This document shows, piece by piece, positions 29,770 through 38,534 of a stretch of DNA of 60,773 bases. The translations under genes were made by a program, and so were the position numbers. The notes below the pieces were generated by a model. That model was not told where the DNA came from and did not search any database. It saw only the letters and a list, made by a program, of their open reading frames with translations. Numbering within the stretch: the stretch's first letter is position 1; each line of letters starts with the position of its first letter. This DNA is from an uncultured Candidatus Saccharibacteria bacterium (GTDB lineage Bacteria; Patescibacteriota; Minisyncoccia; CAIUEV01; JAHKAQ01). The stretch spans positions 1-60,773 of the forward strand of contig CAZRBB010000006.1 of NCBI GenBank assembly GCA_964598205.1, written 5' to 3'.

Positions 29770-30878
29770 TTTAAAATTCTTAAGCCCAGGTAAATCTTTT
29801 TGGGATCCTTGGAATCAATTGCCAACGATTCAAAAGCATATTTGGTTTTGAATTCCTCTGCCTGCCAAGTTACTCCGGCATCAAAACTGTGATAAAAAGC
29901 TCCGGCCGCACCAAAATAAAGAATTTCTGAATTCTCACCACCAATCGCTAAGCTTCTAATGGTTGGTGTTTTTTTTAGGGACCCTTCCAATGTTGGAATC
30001 TCTTTCCAAGTTTCACCACCATCTTCGCTACGCAAAAGCCCACCTTCCCCGGCCAAGTAAATCACTTTTCCTTTTTTAGGATCAGCTTTTAATTCCATTA
30101 TTCCTTTAGCCGAAATTTTAGAAGGAATTTTTGATTTTAAATCTACAATCTTGACTCCATTTAACAGCTTATTCTTTGATTTTTCTTCTACCACCTCTCT
30201 CCTTCTATCTTTAACATTGCCAGAATAATCAATTTTATAAACTCCTTTTTCAAAAACTAAAAGATAAGTATCGCGAGTTTCTTGGGAATCTAAGGCGATT
30301 TTAATTATTGGACCATCTAACTCTCCAATATTTTCCCAGCTTCTTCCTTGGTCTGGGCTTTTTAAAAGCGTTCCGCGAGAACTGCCTGCGTAAAGGGTGT
30401 CTGGGTTGTAAGAATCAATTTCTAAGGAAGCAATTACAGAAGATCCTGCCGGTTCAGCATAAATATCTTCCCAATTAGCCCCACCATCGTTGGATTTTTT
30501 TATTTTTCCTTGATTATCAAAAACACCCGCAACGAACAACCGTTTGTTGTCTCGGGGATCTATCACTAAACCGTAAATTCTTTTTCCTGGAATCAGATTC
30601 CGCCATTTTGTTCCGGCGTCTTCGGAAAAAAACAGTCCGTTCGCTTCTGTTCCAGCATAAACCCTGGCAGAATCATTGGGATCAACTTTTAATACCAAAA
30701 TACTTTCTTTAGATAGATTCTTTTTTTCATCTATTGCCGAGCGAGAAGAAAACGATTCTCCGTTATTATCTGAGAAAAAAATTCCGGCTTTTTTAGAAGC
30801 AAGCAAGGTTACACTAGGAAAAGAGCAGCCCGTAAGGAAAAGAGTTAAAAAAGCTGAAGTTAAAAAAAATCGATTCAT
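29766..30878 (-). CDS. BNR/VPS10-repeat beta-propeller protein, putative lipoprotein
   Basis: Repeated SxDxGxxW (SDNNGESF, SEDAGTKW, SNDGGANW, SPDQGRSW, SEDGGETW, SFDAGVTW); LTGC lipobox-like site. Confidence 0.85.
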   Translation of the reverse strand: MNRFFLTSAFLTLFLTGCSFPSVTLLASKKAGIFFSDNNGESFSSRSAIDEKKNLSKESILVLKVDPNDSARVYAGTEANGLFFSEDAGTKWRNLIPGKRIYGLVIDPRDNKRLFVAGVFDNQGKIKKSNDGGANWEDIYAEPAGSSVIASLEIDSYNPDTLYAGSSRGTLLKSPDQGRSWENIGELDGPIIKIALDSQETRDTYLLVFEKGVYKIDYSGNVKDRRREVVEEKSKNKLLNGVKIVDLKSKIPSKISAKGIMELKADPKKGKVIYLAGEGGLLRSEDGGETWKEIPTLEGSLKKTPTIRSLAIGGENSEILYFGAAGAFYHSFDAGVTWQAEEFKTKYAFESLAIDSKDPKKIYLGLRILK

Positions 30879-30898
30879 ATAAAAAATTAAAAATAAGA

Positions 30899-31681
30899 TT
30901 AAAGAAAAATACTTTCTAGTGCCAAGCGTAAAGAAAGTCCCTCTCTATTTCTGGTTTTCTTTTTCAACGCTAAAAGTTCTTCTGTTAGTGCTTTTTCCTT
31001 TTTTAAGTCACCACTTTTTTTGGTTTTTTCTTCTAATTCGGTTGCTAAAAATTCAATCCAAAAATTAAGGCGTTGGGGAAAATTTTCACCATCTTTGGCA
31101 ATTTTTTCTATCAGTTTGATCTTTTTGTAAAAAGGATTGGCTAGTAAAAAAGAAAGCTCTTCTTTCCATTTTTGGGTATTTTCCAAAAAAGAAGTGGGGG
31201 CGTTTTCTTTTTGCGTACCAAGACCAAACCGCAAAATTGCACTCCTGGAACGAATAGTTGGCAAAAGATGTTCTTCTGACTCCACTAGTAAAATAAAAAC
31301 GCCGCTGCGCTTGGGTTCTTCCAAACTCTTTAGTAGGGCGTTCTGGGCAGTCAATGTTAAGCGACCAGCTTCTTCTATTAAACAAATAGAGTAAGCGGCA
31401 GCTCCAGAAGAAAGGCTCATTGAAGACAGCGCTTCTTTAACTTGCTTGGTGGAAATTTGTTTTTTCCTAACAACGCCTTTAGTTTTCTTTTCTAGAGGGG
31501 TCACTCGTGTTACGCCAATCCAAAAAACATCTTTCTTATCTCCCAAAAGAAAGCGAATAAAATTTTCTGCCATGGCGTGTTTCCCTGTTCCGTTTCTCCC
31601 AGAAAAGATATAGCTCCCACGGGCTTTTTTTTGGGTAGCTAATTTTTTTAAAAAATTTTCTTTACCTTTTAATGTTCGCAT
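30899..31681 (-). CDS. holB: DNA polymerase III delta-prime (short form)
   Basis: YIFSGRNGTGK, AQNALLKSLEEP, LLPTIRSRS. Confidence 0.85.
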   Translation of the reverse strand: MRTLKGKENFLKKLATQKKARGSYIFSGRNGTGKHAMAENFIRFLLGDKKDVFWIGVTRVTPLEKKTKGVVRKKQISTKQVKEALSSMSLSSGAAAYSICLIEEAGRLTLTAQNALLKSLEEPKRSGVFILLVESEEHLLPTIRSRSAILRFGLGTQKENAPTSFLENTQKWKEELSFLLANPFYKKIKLIEKIAKDGENFPQRLNFWIEFLATELEEKTKKSGDLKKEKALTEELLALKKKTRNREGLSLRLALESIFL

Positions 31682-32838
31682 TTGTTTTTTAAGCAGTATT
31701 CCTTGCTCAATTGCTCTATTTCTTTTTTTATTGCTACTTCAAAACGGGAACGGGAAAAATTGTCTGCCAGCGCCATGATTGCTTGGGGATTGTAAGATTG
31801 CCGTGCTTTTTCTAGGCGGTAAGCTCCTTCGGCTAAACATTCCACCGCCGGAGATGAAAAAAATTCTCCAGATTCTCCTTCTTTTACCGTTTCTGTAGCC
31901 CCGCCGGCCTTAAGCGCTAAAACCGGTTTTCCTAAAGCCATGGCCTCTACTGCCGCAATTCCAAAATCTTCTTCTCCTGGGAGAATTAGGCCTTTGCATA
32001 ACGCGTAATAGCGGGCAAGTTCCTTTCTTGTTAAAAAACCTAAAAACTTTACTGTTGGCCCAGCTAGGCGTTTTAGTTTTTTTTCTTCGGGACCTTCTCC
32101 AATAATTATCAGTTTCCAGCCCAACTTGTTAAAAGCTTCTATTGCAATATCTATTTTTTTATAAGATGACAAGCGAGAAACAATCAAATAATAATCGCCA
32201 GTTTTTTGTTTTAAAAAAGGGGCCGCTAAGGTTCTTAGTTCTTCCGTTTCCACTGGTGGATAAATTACCGAAGCGTCTCTGTGATAATATTTTTTTATCT
32301 TTTCCTTGGTGGCATTGGAATTAGCAATAAAATAATCTACTCGCTCCGAAGAAGCAAAATCCCAAATCCGTAAATGATTCAGAACTAAACGAGTTCCCAG
32401 CCCCATTATTCGACCCAAAGCCAATTCTCTTAAATATTCGTGGGTATAATCCCAAACAAAGCGCATGGGACTGTGGCAATAACAAATGTTCACTGTTTCT
32501 GGTTTGGTGATTACTCCCTTGGAAAAAGCGCCAGAAGAAGAAAGGACTACTCCAAAATCGCGTAGATCAAAAGTCTCTACCGCTGAAGATAAAAACGGCA
32601 AAAGCATCTTCTTTCTTTTTTTAAAGAATCGAGGCCACTTTTGGAGGAAAGAATTTTTGATTTCGTTTTTAAGAGAAAGCGATTTTATAACATTTTTTTG
32701 GGAAAGAAGGGTATGGATTGGTGCTTGGGGAAAAACGCTGGCCAAGGATTGAAGGGTCATTTCTGCCCCGCCTACCGCTGTTAGGTAATCGTGAACTAGA
32801 GCGATTTTAAAATCAGAATTGACTAAATGCTTTTCCAT
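31669..32838 (-). CDS. GT4 glycosyltransferase (WbaZ/RfbU-like)
   Basis: VHDYLTAVGGAE, YCHSPMRFVWD, EEDFGIAAVEAMALGKPV. Confidence 0.93.
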   Translation of the reverse strand: MEKHLVNSDFKIALVHDYLTAVGGAEMTLQSLASVFPQAPIHTLLSQKNVIKSLSLKNEIKNSFLQKWPRFFKKRKKMLLPFLSSAVETFDLRDFGVVLSSSGAFSKGVITKPETVNICYCHSPMRFVWDYTHEYLRELALGRIMGLGTRLVLNHLRIWDFASSERVDYFIANSNATKEKIKKYYHRDASVIYPPVETEELRTLAAPFLKQKTGDYYLIVSRLSSYKKIDIAIEAFNKLGWKLIIIGEGPEEKKLKRLAGPTVKFLGFLTRKELARYYALCKGLILPGEEDFGIAAVEAMALGKPVLALKAGGATETVKEGESGEFFSSPAVECLAEGAYRLEKARQSYNPQAIMALADNFSRSRFEVAIKKEIEQLSKEYCLKNKCEH

Positions 32839-32843
32839 AATAT

Positions 32844-33707
32844 TTATTTTGATTGAACAAAACCACCGGGAAATTTAATCTTTTTGTCTGAGAATGCCCT
32901 GGCAATGCGTTGTGCCAGTTCTCTTTTTACTTTTAATTTTTTTCCAAAAATAACTTTTCCACGCACCTTTACTACCGCTGATGTTTCGTTAATTTCTTCT
33001 ACTCCCAGCGAGTGGGCTGCTTCTAGAAAATCAGCCGAAAAATCGGGATCGTCTTTTAAATCTTTACCTACTTTATCTATAATTTTATTGATTTTGCCAA
33101 AGTTAGTATCTACTTTTACTGGAATATTTAGTGTTACTACGCTGGCGCGACTGGTAAAATTAGTAACTATTTTTATTTCTCCATTGGGAATAATGTGGCG
33201 CGCACCAGAAACATTTCTTAACACTGTTCTTCTTAAATTAAGGCCAACCACTCGCCCCTTAAAATCACCTACTTTAATCCAATCGCCTTCGTTGAATTGG
33301 CTTTCTAAAACAATAAAGATTCCAGAAATAACATCTTTTACCAAGCTTTGCGCCCCAAAACCAACAGCCAAACTAATAATTCCCGCACTCGCTAAAACCG
33401 GTACTGCATTAAAACCTAATTCTCCAAAAATAAAAAGCAAAGATCCGGTAGTAATAAAGACCAGAGAAGTCGCTTCTATTACTCCAGCTAGAGTTTTATT
33501 TCTTTTTTCTAAAGATTCTCTTTTTATGGTGTTGGTGGGCAAAGAGCGACGCCAAAAAACACTAGCTATTTTTACAAAAGCTGGTGCCAAAAGCTGAACA
33601 GCAATCTGGGCCAAAGGTGCCAAAAGAATTACAATTAATACCCGCCAGCCACTGTGCCAAGCGGAATCCCAAACACCAAGGGCAATGCTCCAAAAAGAAT
33701 TTTCCAT
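32844..33707 (-). CDS. mscS: Small-conductance mechanosensitive channel family protein
   Basis: LAVGFGAQSLVKDVISGIFI, GDWIKV, LRRTVLR, IIPNGEI. Confidence 0.9.
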   Translation of the reverse strand: MENSFWSIALGVWDSAWHSGWRVLIVILLAPLAQIAVQLLAPAFVKIASVFWRRSLPTNTIKRESLEKRNKTLAGVIEATSLVFITTGSLLFIFGELGFNAVPVLASAGIISLAVGFGAQSLVKDVISGIFIVLESQFNEGDWIKVGDFKGRVVGLNLRRTVLRNVSGARHIIPNGEIKIVTNFTSRASVVTLNIPVKVDTNFGKINKIIDKVGKDLKDDPDFSADFLEAAHSLGVEEINETSAVVKVRGKVIFGKKLKVKRELAQRIARAFSDKKIKFPGGFVQSK

Positions 33708-33768
33708 TTAAAAAAATTATTCTTTTTGATTATAGCACAATAAGTCAATTTCTAATGAGTAGTTTTAC

Positions 33769-33995
33769 CATCTTCTCTAGCCAATGTCCTTTGAGGAGGC
33801 TCTTTGATCCCGTCAACAGAAAGAGATTAGAGGAATAACTGTTTCAAACAGAAACAACTCAATTCTGTTTGAAACAGTTATTCCTCTAATCTCTAAAGCC
33901 TTAAGCTTTTTAGGCAAAGCGCGACAGGAGCAAAGTTGAGCGAGGCCCGGTCGAGGCCGAGCGTACTGGGAGAAGGACATTGGCTAGAGAAGATG
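33769..33995. repeat. Structured intergenic element, copy B (22-bp perfect closing stem, 32-bp perfect hairpin)
   Basis: 33769-90 / 33974-95; hairpin 33822-53 / 33863-94; shares TTTGAGGAGGCTC, AGCCTTAAG and GGTCGAGGCCGAGCGTACTGGGAGAAG with copy A. Confidence 0.9.
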
Positions 33996-34028
33996 ATCGC
34001 AATTACTAATCTAATATTCAAAATTGAA

Positions 34029-35831
34029 CTAGCCTCTGCTTCCTCCTCTTTTGGATCTGACCCGATCTTTTTCGGAGAGATATTTTTTGCGCAAACGAAC
34101 ATTTAAGGGGGTAATTTCTAAATATTCATCGGCGGCCATTATTTCTAAGCCTCTTTCTATTGTTAGGTTCATTGGTGGAATAAGTTCAATGGCGTCGTCG
34201 GAAGAAGAAGCGCGAGTGTTGGTTAATTGCTTGCCTTTGGTAGGATTGACGGCGATATCTTCTCCCTTAGAAGTGTTGCCAATAACCATTCCTTCGTAAA
34301 CTTGAATACCAGCACCAATATAAAGCACTCCCCGATTCTGTAAATTGTCTAGTGCAAATCCTAGGGCTTTACCATTGGCCATAGAGACCATGGAACCAGT
34401 TTCTTTTTTCTTGATTTCTCCTGCGTAAGGACGAAACTCCAAGAAACGACTAGACAGAATTCCTTCTCCTCGAGTGTCTACAATGAATTGACCGCGGTAA
34501 CCCAAGAGTCCTCTGGTTGGTGTTTCAAAAACCAAACGGACCAAGCCATTTACTTGCTTCATCTGAGTCATAAGGCCTTTTCTTTTCCCCATTTTTTCTA
34601 TGATCGCTCCTGAATATTCCTGAGGAATATCTACAAAAACTTCTTCAAAAGGTTCAAATTTTTTACCGTTTTCTTCTTTAATAATTACCCGCGGTTGTGA
34701 TACCTGGATTTCGTAACCTTCTCGACGCATGTTTTCTAAAAAGACAGCAATGTGCAATTCTCCTCGGCCGGAAACAGCGTAAGAGTCACTAGAAGACAAG
34801 TCTATTTTTAAACCAACATTAACCTCTAATTCTTTGGTTAACCGTTCTCTAATTTGAAGATTAGTTACAAATTTTCCTTCACGACCACCAAATGGCGAAT
34901 CATTTACTAAAAAATTTACAGTAACTGTTGGTTGATCGATTTTAATATCTGGTAGGGCCTCCGTTTCTGGAGAATCGCAAATGGTGTGGCCAATGTAAAC
35001 ATCGGGTAGTCCGGCCAACATCACAATATCGCCAGAAAAAACTTCGGCCACTTCTTGTCTTTCTATTCCGTGAAAAGTAAATAACTTAATAAGTTTTCCC
35101 TTGCTGGCGGAGCCGTCTGGTTTTTTAACAAAAACAGGACTTCCAGTTTTAATTGATCCTTGGTAAACCCTGGCAATTGCTAATCTTCCCAAAAAATTAT
35201 CGTAAGCTAAGTTAAAGGGCTGGATTTTTAGGGGAAGTTGATCGTCTTCTACTCCCTTAGAGGCAGGCGCAACTTCTTTTAGGATTGTGTCTAAAAGAGG
35301 CGAAAGGTCCGTTGACTCATTTTCCATTTCTAGTTTAGCAAATCCTTCTTTGGCGTTGGTGTAAACTGTAGTGAAATTTAATTGTTCGTCGTTGGCACCA
35401 AGATCCAAGAATAGTTCGTAGACCATCTCTACTACTTCTTTTGGTCGTGCCGCTGGCTTGTCTATTTTGTTTAAAACCACCACTGGCAAAAGTCCTAGCT
35501 CTAGTGATTTTTTTAACACAAAACGAGTTTGGGGCATTGGTCCTTCTTGAGCGTCTACTACTAACACTACGGAATCAATGGCGCGTAATACTCGTTCTAC
35601 TTCCGAACCAAAATCGGCGTGACCAGGCGTATCTACAATGTTGATTTTAGTGTCCCGATAATTTAAGGAAGCGTTTTTGGAATAAATAGTGATTCCTCTT
35701 TCCTGTTCCAAGGTGTTGCTATCCATGGAAGATTCATCTGTAACCATTCCCGTTTGCCGCATTAAGGCATCGGTTAGGGTAGTCTTTCCGTGGTCCACAT
35801 GGGCAATAATTGCGATGTTTCTAATTTCCAT
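34029..35831 (-). CDS. typA: Translational GTPase TypA/BipA
   Basis: RNIAIIAHVDHGKTTL, ERGITI, DTPGHADF, GRGELH, LEITPLNVRLRK. Confidence 0.98.
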   Translation of the reverse strand: MEIRNIAIIAHVDHGKTTLTDALMRQTGMVTDESSMDSNTLEQERGITIYSKNASLNYRDTKINIVDTPGHADFGSEVERVLRAIDSVVLVVDAQEGPMPQTRFVLKKSLELGLLPVVVLNKIDKPAARPKEVVEMVYELFLDLGANDEQLNFTTVYTNAKEGFAKLEMENESTDLSPLLDTILKEVAPASKGVEDDQLPLKIQPFNLAYDNFLGRLAIARVYQGSIKTGSPVFVKKPDGSASKGKLIKLFTFHGIERQEVAEVFSGDIVMLAGLPDVYIGHTICDSPETEALPDIKIDQPTVTVNFLVNDSPFGGREGKFVTNLQIRERLTKELEVNVGLKIDLSSSDSYAVSGRGELHIAVFLENMRREGYEIQVSQPRVIIKEENGKKFEPFEEVFVDIPQEYSGAIIEKMGKRKGLMTQMKQVNGLVRLVFETPTRGLLGYRGQFIVDTRGEGILSSRFLEFRPYAGEIKKKETGSMVSMANGKALGFALDNLQNRGVLYIGAGIQVYEGMVIGNTSKGEDIAVNPTKGKQLTNTRASSSDDAIELIPPMNLTIERGLEIMAADEYLEITPLNVRLRKKYLSEKDRVRSKRGGSRG

Positions 35832-35851
35832 TTTCTTTCTTTTAAAAATCT

Positions 35852-35970
35852 GGGCTTATGCGTTTGCGTGTAGTTCTAGGCAAAACCGAGCAAGCGAGCA
35901 AGGCGTAATTAGTTTACGGTGAGCGAGTGGCGCAGGTTTTAACGAAGAAATACACCAAACGCATAAGCCC
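35852..35970. repeat. GC-rich structured element F upstream of typA (15-bp perfect closing stem)
   Basis: GGGCTTATGCGTTTG 35852-66 / CAAACGCATAAGCCC 35956-70; inner AAAACC/GGTTTT and CGTAA/TTACG. Confidence 0.8.
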
Positions 35971-36098
35971 TTAAAACAAAAAACAGCCTCTTACGGGCGT
36001 AAACAAAATTCAGTCTTTTTAACTAAAAACCCTAGCCCAAGAGTCAACTACTAAGAGTTTAATTGTACTCCCTAAAAGAAGAAGAGTCAAAAATTCGC

Positions 36099-36305
36099 CT
36101 ACCCTGTATCCGACCAAATAAAAGAATCTCCTAAGAGAAAAGGGGGATTCGGACAACTCGCCTCGCTCGTTCCATAGGGCTTCCGCCCTCTGGCGCTCCC
36201 CGCCTCAACGGCGGGTCGCTGTCACCCCCAACGGGGAAAATCCTTTTCCCCGACCCCTTTTTAGTCCGACTCTACCCTGTATCCGACCAAATAAAAGAAT
36301 CTCCT
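36099..36305. repeat. 34-bp perfect direct repeat (36099-36132; 36272-36305) flanking a GC-rich insert downstream of tRNA-Ala
   Basis: CTACCCTGTATCCGACCAAATAAAAGAATCTCCT x2; insert carries 13 bp (36142-54) identical to the tRNA T-arm (36336-48). Confidence 0.9.
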
Positions 36306-36324
36306 TTTAGGAGATTCTTTTATT

Positions 36325-36400
36325 TGGTGGACTCTGGGGGATTCGGACCCCCGGCCTCCTCGGTGCAAGCGAGGCGCTCTACCAACTGAGCTAAGAGCCC
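36325..36400 (-). tRNA. tRNA-Ala(UGC), CCA encoded
   Basis: GGGCTCT acceptor with G3:U70, anticodon arm CCTCG-CTTGCAC-CGAGG, T-loop TCCGAAT. Confidence 0.96.
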
Positions 36401-36409
36401 AAAGTAAAT

Positions 36410-37216
36410 CTATTGTTTTTTAACTACCGCTACGAATCGTAATTTATCTATTGAATAAAAAGGTTTTAACACGGCCTGCTTAAAAAGTCCATCCGAAGAC
36501 TGCGCAAAACTAATTACTTCTCCCACAATTAGATTTTCTGGCCGATTTTTATTCTTTCCAGCCGTCACCACCAATTCACCTTTTTCTAAATTAGTTTGGC
36601 TAGGGATTAAGTCTAGCAAAATTTCCAAGCCATAACGACCCTTAGCAATTCCCGACACTCCGCTTTGGCGGAGAGCGGCGTCAAAGGTGGAAAGGCGACT
36701 TACGGAAAGCATGATTTTTGATTTCTCTGGAGTTGTTTCGTAAACCTCCCCAACCAAAAACTTTCCTCCAGTAATTACCGCCAGTCCCTTTTCTAGTCCG
36801 GCATTGCTTCCTTTATTGATCACCAAAAAATCATTTTCTAAGCCCGGCTCCTGATAAATCACTTCGGCGGAAATCAAAGAAAATCCCTCTTGGGGGGCAA
36901 TTGCTATTTCTTTTCTTAGCTCGCCATTTTCTTTTAAAAGTTCTTCTTTTTCTTCTCGCAGAGAAATCGTTTCTATTTCCAACGATTTCAGCCGTTCGTT
37001 TTCTTTCTGAATCTTTTTAAAAGAAAAAATTGTTCTAATGGTTCCTGTTTGCTCCACTGCCCCGTTTCTAAAGTACCCAGCTCCACTAGAAAAAATCATA
37101 GCCGCTAAATTTTTAACACCCGAAAGCATTCCAGAGCGATTAATAAAAAAAAGAATAACCAAAACAAAAAACCAGAGAATTGTTTTAGAAAATAATTTTT
37201 TTTCGGAATTGGGCAT
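36410..37216 (-). CDS. mreC: Rod shape-determining protein MreC
   Basis: N-terminal TM, coiled coil, INKGSNAGLEKG, GELVVTAG, VGEVI..GLFKQAVLKP. Confidence 0.92.
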   Translation of the reverse strand: MPNSEKKLFSKTILWFFVLVILFFINRSGMLSGVKNLAAMIFSSGAGYFRNGAVEQTGTIRTIFSFKKIQKENERLKSLEIETISLREEKEELLKENGELRKEIAIAPQEGFSLISAEVIYQEPGLENDFLVINKGSNAGLEKGLAVITGGKFLVGEVYETTPEKSKIMLSVSRLSTFDAALRQSGVSGIAKGRYGLEILLDLIPSQTNLEKGELVVTAGKNKNRPENLIVGEVISFAQSSDGLFKQAVLKPFYSIDKLRFVAVVKKQ

Positions 37217-37224
37217 TAAGCTTT

Positions 37225-37482
37225 TTAGATCTTCTGGTAAATATCTTTTTTAGAAGGAGTTTTCCCCCTAAAAGAAGCTTTTTCTTCGTCGTCCTCGTTG
37301 CAAAGCACTAAACTTGGAGTGGCTAGAATGCCGTAAAATTGAGCTTCTGCCAATCCTTCTGGATCATCAATTTTGTAAATTTCTACGGTAAGGCGTTTTT
37401 CTTTTTTAATTTCTTTAGCCAACTCCTTAGCAGAAGGACAATTGGGACATTCTTTTTTTACAAAAACTTTCAGCTTCATCAT
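37225..37482 (-). CDS. Thioredoxin/NrdH-like redoxin
   Basis: CPNC active site, cis-Pro motif ATPSL; last gene of the nrd operon. Confidence 0.88.
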   Translation of the reverse strand: MMKLKVFVKKECPNCPSAKELAKEIKKEKRLTVEIYKIDDPEGLAEAQFYGILATPSLVLCNEDDEEKASFRGKTPSKKDIYQKI

Positions 37483-37506
37483 GTTGTTAGTTTAATTTTT
37501 AATTAC

Positions 37507-37575
37507 GAATTTTGAATTTCGATTAAAATTAGAATTCCAAATTTTAAATTATTTCGAAATTCAAAACTCAAAATT
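37507..37575. repeat. AT-rich ~70-bp heptamer-period element; inverted homologue at 46158-46227
   Basis: Reverse complement aligns to 46158-46227 with fewer than ten differences by eye. Confidence 0.75.
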
Positions 37576-37584
37576 CATTATTCG

Positions 37585-38301
37585 TTAGAACATCCTCGTT
37601 GTTCTTTTGGTAGCCCCTTCTAAAATAAGTGCCATTTCTTCTAAGACTTCCTTGGAATATGGTGTTCTGTTTTCTAGATTTTTATCTAAACAGCGGAGCG
37701 GTCGGAATTGTTGCAAATCAAGAAAATCAGCGCCAGCAACTATTTTTCTAATTTCTTTTAAGTCTTCTTTTTCCACTAAACCTGGCACTAGCGTTAATTT
37801 AAATCCGGCCCCCAAAGAAATCTTGGCCGATTTTACCAAAGCAATACTCTGGGCCAATTTTTCCCAAGAAGCATCGGGTTTTCCGGCGGCTTTGGGATAT
37901 TTTTCTTTACGGCTTTTAATATCCATTACCAAATAATCCAGAACTTTTTCCCTAAGCGCCTGCTCCAAAACCTCAGGATTAGTGCCGTTAGTATGAATGC
38001 CAGTTTTAAAACCTTGATCTTTTAATTCTTTTAGACAAAGAGGAAGTTGGGGGTAAAGCGTTGGCTCTCCTCCAGAAAAAAGAACTAAGTCCACCCAGTC
38101 TTTTTTTTGATCTAAAAAAGAAAACAGTTCCGAAACGGGAAAATCGGGAATAGTGTTGGGGGTTAGAACCAATTCTGGATTGTGACAGAACGGGCAATGA
38201 AAGTTACATCCTTTTAAAAAGACAACCGTAGTGATCATTCCTGGGAACTCCAACAAGCTTGATGGTTCTACCCCGCCGATTTTTAACCCCCAATCAAGCA
38301 T
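37585..38301 (-). CDS. nrdG: Anaerobic ribonucleotide reductase activating radical SAM enzyme
   Basis: GCNFHCPFCHN, SGGEPTL, HTNGT, LVMDIKS; in the nrdD operon. Confidence 0.93.
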   Translation of the reverse strand: MLDWGLKIGGVEPSSLLEFPGMITTVVFLKGCNFHCPFCHNPELVLTPNTIPDFPVSELFSFLDQKKDWVDLVLFSGGEPTLYPQLPLCLKELKDQGFKTGIHTNGTNPEVLEQALREKVLDYLVMDIKSRKEKYPKAAGKPDASWEKLAQSIALVKSAKISLGAGFKLTLVPGLVEKEDLKEIRKIVAGADFLDLQQFRPLRCLDKNLENRTPYSKEVLEEMALILEGATKRTTRMF

Positions 38302-38304
38302 TCT

Positions 38305-38481
38305 TTAGCTTAGAAACTTCTTATTCATTTCTTTGTCTCGATCTCTTAATTCAGCAATTTTGCCTTTGTTCCACATGGAGTCCTTAGAGAAATAGCCGGT
38401 AACGCGGGTAATATGGTCCACATTTTTACTGCCACAGAACGAGCACTGGCAAGTCATTTTTTTGGTTTTTAGCTGGCTCAT
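38305..38481 (-). CDS. Stand-alone NrdD C-terminal Zn-ribbon/glycyl-radical module, 58 aa (MSQLKTKKMTCQCSFCGSKNVDHITRVTGYFSKDSMWNKGKIAELRDRDKEMNKKFLS)
   Basis: Translated by hand (below the ORF-track cutoff); CSFCGS..ITRVTGYFS..WNKGK.AELRDR matches the NrdD C-terminus; radical Gly codon 38395-97. Confidence 0.92.
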   Translation of the reverse strand: MSQLKTKKMTCQCSFCGSKNVDHITRVTGYFSKDSMWNKGKIAELRDRDKEMNKKFLS

Positions 38482-38534
38482 CTTTTTTGTTTTACTTTTT
38501 AATTATTGAAATTTTTTATTGGCTAAATAAACGC

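Noticed and set aside
30899-31681. holB as a truncated pseudogene
   Set aside because: The ORF is intact with conserved motifs and overlaps its neighbour; short delta-prime forms are plausible in reduced genomes
32884-33597. 237-aa plus-strand ORF (likewise 41875-42264, 23494-23946, 15760-16125, 9304-9783 and other antisense or alternate-frame ORFs in the track)
   Set aside because: These are shadows of confidently identified genes (mscS, ftsZ etc.) with no independent motifs
27068-33995. Elements A/B as RNase P RNA, tmRNA or 6S RNA
   Set aside because: No GAGGAAAGUCC core, no tRNA-like CCA end or tag ORF, and two divergent copies with unrelated perfect hairpins
38482-38534. Intron, intein or stop-codon readthrough/recoding to rejoin nrdD
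   Set aside because: The gap is a 53-nt AT-rich stretch with no group I/II features, the parts are out of frame, three stops of two types follow, and TGA/TAG/TAA end genes normally elsewhere
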